DNA from: a virus
Lineage: Duplodnaviria; Caudoviricetes
IMG/VR virus record: IMGVR_UViG_3300017700_000356
Location: 1 to 45,638 of that record
Reading direction: 5' to 3' (one strand)
Length of the DNA stretch: 45,638 nucleotides
Part shown: piece by piece, positions 1 to 9,085 of the stretch
How positions within the stretch are numbered: position 1 is the stretch's first letter
Layout of the letters: every line of letters starts with the position of its first letter
Notes under the pieces: generated by a model
The model's database searches: none
What the model saw: only the letters and a program-made list of their open reading frames with translations
What the model was told of the DNA's origin: nothing
Made by a program: the position numbers and the translations under genes

Positions 1-123
1 GCGATTGATGTGCTGCCTGACGTGCCGCCATGGCAGATTGACTACCTTGCTACGCTGCGGCTTCGCTTGGTGCAAGGCGACGGCACGGCCTTCGCAACAG
101 ACACCGTGCTGAACATGCTTGCA
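1..123. repeat. Terminal direct repeat, copy 1 (probable circular-assembly overlap)
   Basis: 1-123 is identical to 45516-45638 and lies inside a coding sequence. Confidence 0.95.
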
Positions 124-771
124 GGCAGCAACAGGCTTCTAGTCGGGCAGCCGGGGCGATGGGAACAGGTCGGGTTCATCGAAGCCGCCTACGACGCCGC
201 CACGTTCGTTGTCACCCTGACGGGCATCGTGCGCGGGTTGCGCGGCACGGAATTGAACATCCCGCTGCACGCCAGTTCCGATTACGTCGTGTTGATCGAC
301 GCAGACAGCATGATGTTGACATTCGATTACATGACAGAGTTCAACAACGTGGTTCTGTTTGCGATTGGCGACGCGGTCGGGCGCGTCAACTACGCTGACG
401 CTGCCGGGGCGTATGTCTTCGGCGGGGCACGGATGCCATGGGCTCCTAGCCATGTGCACGTCACGGCTGCCGGTGGCGACGTGGAGCTGACGTGGAGCCG
501 CCGCACGCGCCTGTCAGGGCCGCTGAACAACGGCAACCCTGATGTGCCGCTTGACGAAGCCGCAGAGCTATACACGGCCGTCCTTTACAGGGCTGGCGTG
601 ATCGTGCGGACTGTGGAAGGATTGACGAGCCCGGCTTTCACCTACACGGCCGCCATGCAGGCCGCAGACGGTTGGTCGGGCAGCATCGTTGCCTTGCAGC
701 TCGATCTCTATCAAATCAGCGAACTTGTCGGGCGCGGCTTCCCGAAGTCAGGAACATACGATGTCGAATAA
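1..771 (+). CDS. C-terminal part of the large GTA-like tail-tip/host-specificity protein (continues from 42936 across the junction)
   Basis: In frame with the ORF starting at 42936; GRWEQVGF...LTGIVRGLRGTE...LTWSRRTR motifs are typical of the GTA baseplate protein C-terminus. Confidence 0.85.
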   Translation, partial: AIDVLPDVPPWQIDYLATLRLRLVQGDGTAFATDTVLNMLAGSNRLLVGQPGRWEQVGFIEAAYDAATFVVTLTGIVRGLRGTELNIPLHASSDYVVLIDADSMMLTFDYMTEFNNVVLFAIGDAVGRVNYADAAGAYVFGGARMPWAPSHVHVTAAGGDVELTWSRRTRLSGPLNNGNPDVPLDEAAELYTAVLYRAGVIVRTVEGLTSPAFTYTAAMQAADGWSGSIVALQLDLYQISELVGRGFPKSGTYDVE

Positions 772-1492
772 CCTGAACCTTGATCAAGTTGCTGAGAACC
801 AAGCCAACAAAGAAGTCACGATCAACACGGCCACGGGGCAGCTCGATGCCGCCTTGACCGAAGTTAGGTCGAACGACTTCACGGCGGGCAACATCAGCCT
901 GACGAATTTGCAATACCGCGCGGCGCTGAAACAGCTCTGCACCAACGTCACTGTCGGCGGCCGGACCTTGACGTTGCCCGGCATCAAGAAGCTGACGATC
1001 TTCGTCAGCGATGCAGCGAACACGCAAACGCTTGACATCGTCAAAGGTTCCGCAACTTACACGCTCGCGCCGGGTGGTGTTGCCCTGCTCTACACAGACG
1101 GCACGACCAACAGCCTAGAAGTCATCGCGGAAAGCGCGGCCGGGGCAGCCAAGCCTTATGATGTCGGGACGTTCTGTGTCGGGCTGCCGGCCGCGTCTGA
1201 ACGGCTCCTGATCTTCAACTATGTGCGCAACATCGAGCTGCCAATCGGCCTGTCGGGATCGCGCGTGACAGCTCGTGTTGCCGCGACGGCGCAGACCGAC
1301 TTTGACGTGACGTTGAATGGCAGCAGCATTGGCACCATCCGGTTCGCGGCGGCCGGCACGGTGGCGACCTTTGTGGGCTTCGCAACCGTGACCACCATCG
1401 CCCCGAACGACAAGCTTGGCATTGACGCGCCCGGCTCACAAGACGCAACGTTGGCTGACATCGCCTTCACGATTGCAGGAGCACAGCTCTAA
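761..1492 (+). CDS. Tail fibre/adaptor protein with DUF2793-like N-terminus
   Basis: MSNNLNLDQVAENQANKEVTIN..LDAAL resembles the DUF2793 start; AGGA SD before ATG 761; follows the baseplate gene. Confidence 0.7.
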   Translation: MSNNLNLDQVAENQANKEVTINTATGQLDAALTEVRSNDFTAGNISLTNLQYRAALKQLCTNVTVGGRTLTLPGIKKLTIFVSDAANTQTLDIVKGSATYTLAPGGVALLYTDGTTNSLEVIAESAAGAAKPYDVGTFCVGLPAASERLLIFNYVRNIELPIGLSGSRVTARVAATAQTDFDVTLNGSSIGTIRFAAAGTVATFVGFATVTTIAPNDKLGIDAPGSQDATLADIAFTIAGAQL

Positions 1493-3192
1493 TGGCTAAT
1501 TGGTATGTTTCATCCGTCAAGTATGCGGCGATTGCACAATTTGCGATCTCGACTGCCTACACTGTCGGGCAGCTCGTCAGGCAGCTTGCAGCGCCAACAG
1601 CCGCCAACGCTCGCGTGTTCAAGTGCACGACAGCGGGCACGTCAGCCGGCACGGAACCGACGTGGAACCTTGGCGACGGTGCGACCACGACAAGCGGCAC
1701 GGCGACGTTCACACAGGTTGCCGGGCGCGAGGCCGAACAATCGACAGGCAATTGGGCGGCACCGTTCGGCACGCTAGCCGGCGCTAATCTTATCGCCACG
1801 GTTGCCGGTGATGTCATCTATGTTGCGGCGGATCATTCCGAAAGCTACGCCGCCGCCACCGATGTTCAGGGAACGATTGTTCCACGCATCTGCGTCACGG
1901 CGGGATCGGCTGTTCCGCCTGTTGAAGCGAGCCTGTCGCGTGGCGCCGCCATCGAGACAACGGGCAACTTCGGCCTAAACCTGATCAACTCGTGTTTGTA
2001 TCGCGGGTTCGATTTTCGTTCTGGCGTCGGTGGCACCAACACTGCCGGCAACATGACGATCAACGCCAGCAACAAGTTCGAAGACTGCCGGTTCAAGCTT
2101 GGAACAAGCAGCACGAGTGCACAAATTTCGTTCGGCTCCGCAGCCACAGCAAGGGGTTCTGTCGAGCTTACAGCAGATTGCCGCTTTGAGTTCAGCCACG
2201 TTTCGCAGTCGTTCGCTAACAACTTTTCCGAAGTTCTTATCAACGACTGTCCGAACTTCCTTGTTGGGCCTACCTATCCAACAGGAACGCTGTTTAACGG
2301 CGGTTCATCGAACGGCAACCGCAGCATTTGGATTGTGCGGAATACTGATCTTTCCAACGCAGCGGGGCAGATCGCGCCTAGTCAGACAGCCGGCAACATC
2401 ACGCTTGAAAACTGCAAGCTGCACGCATCGGCCACCTTTGGCGTAACCATCAACAACAGCGTAAAGAACGGTGTTCGTATTCACAACTGCACATCGAGCA
2501 CGTCGATCAACAACGCGCTTGTCGAGCGCGGCGCATACACCGACTTGGAAATTGCAACTGATCTCTACAGGACAGGCGGCGCAACAGACGGTGTGACGCC
2601 CTGTTCGTGGAAGATCACAACCAAGACCAACAGTCAGGTTGACGGTCAACGTGCATCGCCGCCACGCATCGGCAAGCGGATCAACGCCACGGGTTCGGCG
2701 TTGACGTTCACCGTTGAAGCAATCCTGATGACCAACGGGCTGCTGTCGCTGACGCGCGCAAAGATTTGGGGTGAATTTAGCATCCTGACGAGCGCGACAA
2801 GCCCCGTTGAAGAGCTGAAGTCAACGCGCACATCGTTGCTCGACACGACGGCTATTCAGACTTCGACAGAAGCTTGGGACGCTGGCTTACCCGCCCGCGC
2901 CAACAGCACGGCTAGGTCAATCGGCTATCTTCAGAAGGTTGCATCCAACCCCGGCCGGGTGTTCCGCGTCACCACAGGCGGAACCACGGCTGCGTCTGAA
3001 CCGGCTGCTTACGCCACGGCTGTTGACGGCGACACGTTTGCAGATGGAACGGCAACAATCCGTTGCTGCAAGCGCGTGAAGTTCCAAGTCACGGCAACAC
3101 CGGCGCGCAAGGGCCTGATGTTCTTCATCCCGCAAATTCAAGCGGTGTCTGGCGAGATCATGCACGTCGATCCCAAGATCACGGTGACTTGA
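1492..3192 (+). CDS. Putative tail fibre/receptor-binding protein
   Basis: 566 aa, T/S/N/G-rich, beta-helix-like centre; two related RVF(K/R)xTTxGT(S/T)AxxEP modules. Confidence 0.65.
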   Translation: MANWYVSSVKYAAIAQFAISTAYTVGQLVRQLAAPTAANARVFKCTTAGTSAGTEPTWNLGDGATTTSGTATFTQVAGREAEQSTGNWAAPFGTLAGANLIATVAGDVIYVAADHSESYAAATDVQGTIVPRICVTAGSAVPPVEASLSRGAAIETTGNFGLNLINSCLYRGFDFRSGVGGTNTAGNMTINASNKFEDCRFKLGTSSTSAQISFGSAATARGSVELTADCRFEFSHVSQSFANNFSEVLINDCPNFLVGPTYPTGTLFNGGSSNGNRSIWIVRNTDLSNAAGQIAPSQTAGNITLENCKLHASATFGVTINNSVKNGVRIHNCTSSTSINNALVERGAYTDLEIATDLYRTGGATDGVTPCSWKITTKTNSQVDGQRASPPRIGKRINATGSALTFTVEAILMTNGLLSLTRAKIWGEFSILTSATSPVEELKSTRTSLLDTTAIQTSTEAWDAGLPARANSTARSIGYLQKVASNPGRVFRVTTGGTTAASEPAAYATAVDGDTFADGTATIRCCKRVKFQVTATPARKGLMFFIPQIQAVSGEIMHVDPKITVT

Positions 3193-3359
3193 TGGAAGAG
3201 CAATACAACATCGATGGTGAAGGTGTTTGGCTTGACGAGACAGCGTCAAGTCAGCAATTCAACCTTGACGGCGAAGGCGTTTGGATTGACGGCGACGATG
3301 TCGCCCCGCCTGCGCCCGGTGGAGCCCGGCGCCGCCCGGTGATCATCGCGGCCGGCTAG
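3192..3359 (+). CDS. Small 55-aa protein with tandem Q(Y/F)N(I/L)DGEGVW(L/I)D repeat
   Basis: TGATG stop-start coupling to the fibre gene; internal repeat. Confidence 0.6.
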   Translation: MEEQYNIDGEGVWLDETASSQQFNLDGEGVWIDGDDVAPPAPGGARRRPVIIAAG

Positions 3360-3652
3360 CGCTGGCGCTGGCTGGCGTTGACGCAGTCGCCGGCACCCTG
3401 CCCGCTCACGATCTCGAAAGCAGCCCTGCCGGCCCGGTCACAGCCGTTCGGCGGGGCAGGCGGCAAGTCGCCCTGCACCATCGGGTTCCACCGGGGGCCG
3501 CGCTGTATCGTGGTCTGCCAGCCGCCGAAGGCGTCCCGCTGCGTCGTGACGGTGGTGGTCTGGCTGAAGGCCGGCGCGGCGGCCACGAGCTGCATAAGCA
3601 GGTTGGCACCGAAGGCGGCGTAAGCGAGGCGCTGAAGCGTCTTGGTTTTCAT
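3356..3652 (-). CDS. Hypothetical secreted/periplasmic protein
   Basis: Basic N-terminus, hydrophobic stretch, AFS-Q cleavage-like site; AAGGGA SD. Confidence 0.6.
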   Translation of the reverse strand: MKTKTLQRLAYAAFGANLLMQLVAAAPAFSQTTTVTTQRDAFGGWQTTIQRGPRWNPMVQGDLPPAPPNGCDRAGRAAFEIVSGQGAGDCVNASQRQR

Positions 3653-3664
3653 GACCTTGTTCCC

Positions 3665-3793
3665 TTAGCCGAACACAACGCCGTGACGAACGGCAGTGTT
3701 GAAGTGATCGCGAATGCGGTCGGCGCATTCTTCCGTCTTGACGAGCACGGCGGCCCTTGCAAGCAGCCAGCAGTAATAATTGAACTGTTCCAT
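3665..3793 (-). CDS. Hypothetical protein (42 aa)
   Basis: ATG downstream of CAACAACAGGGA and a promoter. Confidence 0.55.
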   Translation of the reverse strand: MEQFNYYCWLLARAAVLVKTEECADRIRDHFNTAVRHGVVFG

Positions 3794-3818
3794 GTCGGTG
3801 TTCCCTGTTGTTGAACCC

Positions 3819-3847
3819 AATCTAGGCGCAACACGGGATGTTGTCAA
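3819..3847 (-). promoter_or_regulatory. sigma70-like promoter TTGACA-N17-TAGATT
   Basis: Consensus -35, 17-bp spacer, intergenic. Confidence 0.7.
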
Positions 3848-3855
3848 GCGCTGTG

Positions 3856-5940
3856 CTACTTAGCGTCAGCCCAAGTCATGCCATGGCTGCTGTCAACTTT
3901 AATCGGTATGCGCAATTTAGTGGAGTTTTCGAGGATGTGCGCAAGGTAGGCGTAAGCCTCTTGCATCTGCGGGCTGTCGCTGATCTCGCTAAAGTCAAGC
4001 TCGTCATGCACCTGCAAGAGCGGGTAGCCGATGACATCGAACACCCCGGCAGTGTGGGCAGCATCCATGGCTACCTTGATGACATCGGCCGCCGATCCTT
4101 GGAACTTGTAGTTGGTGCCCCGGTAGTCGTAGGCGCGACGGATGTTGCTGCCATATTCAGCTAGCGCGCCCTCATAGTGCATGGGCATGCCACGTTCGCC
4201 CCATGCACCCGGTTCCCATTGGTTGAAGCGCGTGCGCCTGCCAAGGATGGTGCGAACGAAGCCGAAGTGATGAACTTCAGCACTGATGGCGTTCATGGTT
4301 GCTTTGACGTGCGGCGCGGCGGTGTGGTAGCTGGCGAAGAACAGCTTAGCCGCTTCCTTCGACATGCCAGCCTTGCGTGCTAGCTCTTTCTCGCTTTGTC
4401 CATACAGCAGACCAAAATTGACGTTCTTAATTGGCTTACGGAATGTTGCTATCTCGTCTTCAGTCATCTTGCTAAGATCAATGCCGGTGATCCTAGCAAA
4501 GTCGTTCATCGTGGTTTGATGGTAATCAGTCTTCGGGTTCTGAACATAGGTGCTGCGCAGATTGTCAGCGTGGCCGTTCATTCCCCACACTCCAAGGCGA
4601 TCTTGCCAGAAGTCGAGCACGCGGCCAAAGTCGAAGTCTTGTCCGATCTTGCCATCAACGGCGAAGTGAGCAAGCATCCTGTATTCAATCTGACTGTAAT
4701 CGAACTTGCGCCAACGCAGATGCCCTGTAAACGGCGTGAAGGCTTTGCGGATGCGCTTGCCAAGCTTGGTGCGGACCGGGATGTTTTGCAAGTTGGGATC
4801 GGATGAAGCGAAGCGCCCTGTCTTCGCGCCGTTCTCGTCACCCTTCAGCGGGTGAAACTGGCAATGAACAACACCGCCAACATTGGCGTCTAGCAGGTAG
4901 CCTTTGACGAACGTGTTCTTGATTTTGATGTGTTCGCGGATGTTGTTGACAGCCTTGCCGGCCGGATGTTCAAGAGCTGCAAGCCATTCTTTCTTGAACG
5001 ACGGGTTGCCTTCAGGCGTCTTGGGATACTTGACGCCAACGCTATCGAAAAGCTTTTTGAGATCGCCGGGGCTGTTGACGTTGACTTTGAAGCCAGCGTT
5101 GTAAGCAAGCTCGCGTTCAAGTTCTGGAATGTCGCGGTTAAGTTCAGCGTATAGCGTTTCGGTGTAGGGCACATCGATCTTGACGCCCTGTAGCCGCATC
5201 TTGATCAGCAACGGTATAAGTCGATTTTCCAGCTCGAATAGCGGGTGCAGCTTTTCGCGCTCTAACAGCGGCCATTGCTGTTCCATGATGCGCAACGGAA
5301 GGTCTGCGTCGTCTTCGCCATACGGCCCGACTAGGAGCGGCGGCGCGCGATAGATGTTGCCGCGCTGATGTCCGTTGGCGCTGCCGCCGTAAGCTTTCGA
5401 CAGCCAAACATAAAGTTCGTCTGATGTCTTGCGCTGATCTAGATACTTGCGGCCAAGCCAGTCTAGCGCGACTTCGCCCTCTTCGTCTAACAGCGCTTCT
5501 GCGAACTGAACATCGTGCAACTTGCCAGCTACGCGCACGCCTTCATCATGCAGGTTGCCGATGTCATAAAGCAGGTTGGCGCCGACTTTCGGCAGCGTGG
5601 TGTATAGCTGCGCATCAAGCCATGCTAGACAATTCTTGGCGTCAAGGTTCCACTGTGGTTCAACTTCATGGCGTATCGGGAAATACCATTTGCCCGTCTC
5701 GCCACCACGAGCACGAGCTGCAACGCTGAAGCCCACAACATGCGACTTGCCACGCGACCACCCCGGCCCCGTTTCCGTTGCTAAGCCCATGTCTTTCGTC
5801 TCGACATCGAAGCTGATGACGGTCGCGGCCGACAGGTTCGGGAACACGCTAGGAGGCCGCCACGCTGTTTCAGGAACAGGCGGCGGCACTCGCAAGCGGC
5901 TGTGCTTCTTTAGCGTTAGCTCGTCGTCGTCAAAGAACAT
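3856..5940 (-). CDS. polA: Family A DNA polymerase with 3'-5' exonuclease domain
   Basis: FDVET exonuclease motif; motif A DYSQIEYR, motif B RKPIKNVNFGLLYG, motif C QVHDEL. Confidence 0.97.
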   Translation of the reverse strand: MFFDDDELTLKKHSRLRVPPPVPETAWRPPSVFPNLSAATVISFDVETKDMGLATETGPGWSRGKSHVVGFSVAARARGGETGKWYFPIRHEVEPQWNLDAKNCLAWLDAQLYTTLPKVGANLLYDIGNLHDEGVRVAGKLHDVQFAEALLDEEGEVALDWLGRKYLDQRKTSDELYVWLSKAYGGSANGHQRGNIYRAPPLLVGPYGEDDADLPLRIMEQQWPLLEREKLHPLFELENRLIPLLIKMRLQGVKIDVPYTETLYAELNRDIPELERELAYNAGFKVNVNSPGDLKKLFDSVGVKYPKTPEGNPSFKKEWLAALEHPAGKAVNNIREHIKIKNTFVKGYLLDANVGGVVHCQFHPLKGDENGAKTGRFASSDPNLQNIPVRTKLGKRIRKAFTPFTGHLRWRKFDYSQIEYRMLAHFAVDGKIGQDFDFGRVLDFWQDRLGVWGMNGHADNLRSTYVQNPKTDYHQTTMNDFARITGIDLSKMTEDEIATFRKPIKNVNFGLLYGQSEKELARKAGMSKEAAKLFFASYHTAAPHVKATMNAISAEVHHFGFVRTILGRRTRFNQWEPGAWGERGMPMHYEGALAEYGSNIRRAYDYRGTNYKFQGSAADVIKVAMDAAHTAGVFDVIGYPLLQVHDELDFSEISDSPQMQEAYAYLAHILENSTKLRIPIKVDSSHGMTWADAK

Positions 5941-5941
5941 G

Positions 5942-6973
5942 TCAGCCTGACACTACACGTTTGCTCAACAGCGCGCGAACCGTGGCGTTGTCCGTGAAAT
6001 AGACGCCAAGGCCCGAACTTGTCCAATCAACATGCGTCGTGATGTTGAGCACGTCAAGCAGTCTCTTGATGCCGAACACAGCACCGCCCGGCAGGCCCTT
6101 GCAGTCATGCGTTGCGCCTGTTGCGTTATCCAAGTGCGACGCGACTTCGTTGTGGTTCAGCCAAACGCAGCCTTCAGCCGCGAACGGCGCCACGGCCTCG
6201 ACTGCCTCGCGCAGCTTCTTGGGTGTCTCTTCAACAGCCGGTGTGAAGTTGAAGATGTGCGACGTATCGGGCCATGCTTCCGAATGCCGCTGTGTCTTGA
6301 TCCAAGACATGTCTTCGAACCAAAACGTAACGCTGCCGTCGCTGAAGCCGAGACGAGCAAGCGGCTTGTCAGTCTTGACAATCGCGGTCAAGGCTGCCTT
6401 CGGGATCACCAAGCCGGGCGGCAGATGGATGCCGTGCCAGTATTCCGCGATCAAGATGCGGTCGGTTGCAACCATGGTGTTCGATTGCAACAGCAGCGAA
6501 GACGTGACGACATGCTGCGCGTTCTCCGCAACAAGCGGGTTCAGCGTGGCGAAGCCCTTCTTGATGTTGTCGTTGATGACCGCGACAGGATCATCAGGCA
6601 TCAAGGCGTTGCTCGCGAGATCGGCCGGGTTGAGGCAATCCACGACTGCGCGGAACGATCCCGACTTGACGACAAGCTGCCCGCCGTCAACCTGCGTCAC
6701 GCTGTATTCGGCCTTGCAGCGCTTCAGGGCCGCCAACAGCTTGTCAGTGTGGGCAGCCGTGTTGATCTCTGCGAACTCGATGCCAATGCCGCCCGCTAGG
6801 ACGCCATCGTAAGCTTGCGCTGTTCGGGCGCGCAAGATCGTATGCGTTTGGTAGGGCAGCCCGACAGCGTTGGCGCCGGGGCCTTTCTGCGCCGTGTTGA
6901 CGAACTCGATGGCCTTGATCAGCGCTGCTGTTTCTGCGGCCTGTTCGGACTTCTTGCTAGGCTTGCGTGCCAT
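5942..6973 (-). CDS. Sliding clamp (DNA Pol III beta-like)
   Basis: 343 aa next to polA; MVATDRILI and WPDTSHIF clamp-like segments; PA73/KL1-like gene order. Confidence 0.7.
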   Translation of the reverse strand: MARKPSKKSEQAAETAALIKAIEFVNTAQKGPGANAVGLPYQTHTILRARTAQAYDGVLAGGIGIEFAEINTAAHTDKLLAALKRCKAEYSVTQVDGGQLVVKSGSFRAVVDCLNPADLASNALMPDDPVAVINDNIKKGFATLNPLVAENAQHVVTSSLLLQSNTMVATDRILIAEYWHGIHLPPGLVIPKAALTAIVKTDKPLARLGFSDGSVTFWFEDMSWIKTQRHSEAWPDTSHIFNFTPAVEETPKKLREAVEAVAPFAAEGCVWLNHNEVASHLDNATGATHDCKGLPGGAVFGIKRLLDVLNITTHVDWTSSGLGVYFTDNATVRALLSKRVVSG

Positions 6974-6975
6974 GG

Positions 6976-7149
6976 CTACTTGTTCCCCTTTGGCAACTTG
7001 ATCAGGATGCCGCGTTTCGGAATGAGGTTTTCTTGTATGTGCTCATGCACAAAGCCTGCGATCATGCGCAGGCCGATGTTGCGCTTGATGTGCGCGTGCT
7101 CCGGGTTGTTCGGATCATAGTCGAGCGTGTTGGGTGCCTTCGGCTGCAT
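6976..7149 (-). CDS. Hypothetical protein (57 aa, MQPKAPNTLDYDP...), not in the ORF track
   Basis: ACAACAGGAG SD; fills the operon gap. Confidence 0.65.
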   Translation of the reverse strand: MQPKAPNTLDYDPNNPEHAHIKRNIGLRMIAGFVHEHIQENLIPKRGILIKLPKGNK

Positions 7150-7166
7150 GTTGTTAGCTCCTGTTG

Positions 7167-7388
7167 TCAGAACGGAATGTCATAACTGTCATCGTGTTCA
7201 GTGCAGCCGTTCGCGATGACGCGAGCCGGTGGCCTGCCCGTGAACTTCTTGCATTGTTCGGTCGGCTCGTCAAAGTGGCGGCATGTCAAGCATGTCCGCA
7301 TTAGTTCCACTCTTTCCAATTCGGATTGAAGCCACCGGCCCATGTTGGCGCCGAAGTCGGCCCAAGGATATTTTCTGACGGCGCCCAT
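7167..7388 (-). CDS. Small Cys4 metal-binding protein ending in DDSYDIPF
   Basis: CxxC...C...C pattern; SSB-like C-terminal tail. Confidence 0.7.
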   Translation of the reverse strand: MGAVRKYPWADFGANMGRWLQSELERVELMRTCLTCRHFDEPTEQCKKFTGRPPARVIANGCTEHDDSYDIPF

Positions 7389-9085
7389 GGGTATTGCTCC
7401 TGTGTTGGCGGCTCCGGTGGCTTGGCCGCGAATTGGTCGAACTCAACATTCAAGACTTCAGGATAAGGTTTCTTGTTAGTCCAAACTTTGATGCGAGTTG
7501 GAACCCGCAGTTGCGACACGAGTGGCAAGGCTTGATCGACAGTTTCCGGCACGTCGCTGTCATGACGCATTTGCCACCAACGCTTACCCTTGCCCGCCAT
7601 TTTGCTATCACCAAACCAAACGAACTCTTCCCAATGGTGCAGGCCCTCGCAATGGTAAGACACCTTCATGATGGCGTCGCCCTTGGACCTTGTGATGTAT
7701 TTCATGTGGAAGGCGCGTTGCACGTTGAACCACTCAACTTGTGGAACATCAGTTGTCATGACTTCGGCTGTAGCAGCTTCAGCCATGATTTTCGTTTCGA
7801 ACGTAAATTCGTTGCCGCAGTTGATACAGAACCTAACCGAAATGTGATTGTCGCAACCGCAGCGCTCGCATTCCTTGACCATCAGGCCGCCTGCGCCCTT
7901 GCCTTTGGGACGCGGTATCTTCGGATCGTTGATGGGGCCTAGCTTGCGAGCGTTGGCGGCGAAGTCGAGCACCAAGCAGTTGTGCTTCAACGTGTTCCAT
8001 ATATACGGATCAACGTCGCCGGGCGAAGCCGGATCATAGGGCCGCGTGCCCCGGCCTAGCATCTGAACCCATAGGCCCGGCGACAGGGTTGGGCGCAACA
8101 TTCCGATGAAGTCGATTGGCGGAAAGTCGAAGCCTGTTGTCAGCACATTCATGTTGACTAGGCAGCGGATTTGCCCGCGCTTGTATGCCTTGATGCGGGC
8201 GTCGCGCTCTTTGCTGTCTAGCTCGCTATGAATGGCAGCAGCGCTGACGCCAAACCGTGTCAACATCGTCGCGATGTTTTCGGCGTGTTGCACACCGCTC
8301 GCGAAGATCAGCCAACACCGCCGATCCCATGCGGCCTCACAGCATTGCTGTAGAGCCCGGAAGGTGATGTCGTCACGATCCATAGCGTGTTGAACAGCGG
8401 CTTGGTTGTATTCGCCGCCCGACATACCGACAGCGCCAAGATCAATGCCCACATCCCGCGTGAATGAGATCAGCGGCGCAATATAACCTTCGGCCACGAG
8501 CCGATTGAATGCTTCCAACCCGGTGATGTCATAGCAAATGTCTGTCGCGATGTTGTGGCCGTGCTCGCCACCATCGGTTAGCAACCCCTGTCCAAGTCGG
8601 TAAGGTGTAGCCGTAAGCATCACCACGCGGAACCATGGGTTCAACGCTTTGAAGTGCTTGATTAGCGTGCGGTATCCGGTGTTCGCCTTGTGGCTGACTA
8701 GGTGGCCTTCATCGATGATCATTAGATCACGGCGGCCGAACGCTTCCATGTTGTTTAGCATGGACTTGACGCCGCCGAAGATGATCGGCATGGCCGTGTC
8801 TTTTTGCTTCAGCCCGGCCGAATAGATGCCTAGTGGAGCTGCCGGCCAAGTCTTCAGGAAGGCGCGAGCATTCTGCGCAACAAGTTCCTTGACGTGCGTT
8901 GCCATAAGCCAGCGTTGGCCGGGATAGCGCATGAATGCCTGATGCGTGAAGCCGCCGATGACATGCGACTTCCCGGTGCCTGTGGGCATCGCAACGACAG
9001 GGTTGCTGTCGGGCACAGCTCGATTGCGCTCGAAATAGTCAAAGAGACTGTCAATCGCCTCTTCCTGATACCACCGCTGTTGCAT
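7301..9085 (-). CDS. Superfamily 2 DNA helicase (RadD/YejH-like) with Zn finger
   Basis: MPTGTGKS, DEGH, TAT, QMLGRGTR, CxxC-CxxC; TGATG coupling at 9085. Confidence 0.93.
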   Translation of the reverse strand: MQQRWYQEEAIDSLFDYFERNRAVPDSNPVVAMPTGTGKSHVIGGFTHQAFMRYPGQRWLMATHVKELVAQNARAFLKTWPAAPLGIYSAGLKQKDTAMPIIFGGVKSMLNNMEAFGRRDLMIIDEGHLVSHKANTGYRTLIKHFKALNPWFRVVMLTATPYRLGQGLLTDGGEHGHNIATDICYDITGLEAFNRLVAEGYIAPLISFTRDVGIDLGAVGMSGGEYNQAAVQHAMDRDDITFRALQQCCEAAWDRRCWLIFASGVQHAENIATMLTRFGVSAAAIHSELDSKERDARIKAYKRGQIRCLVNMNVLTTGFDFPPIDFIGMLRPTLSPGLWVQMLGRGTRPYDPASPGDVDPYIWNTLKHNCLVLDFAANARKLGPINDPKIPRPKGKGAGGLMVKECERCGCDNHISVRFCINCGNEFTFETKIMAEAATAEVMTTDVPQVEWFNVQRAFHMKYITRSKGDAIMKVSYHCEGLHHWEEFVWFGDSKMAGKGKRWWQMRHDSDVPETVDQALPLVSQLRVPTRIKVWTNKKPYPEVLNVEFDQFAAKPPEPPTQEQYPWAPSENILGPTSAPTWAGGFNPNWKEWN

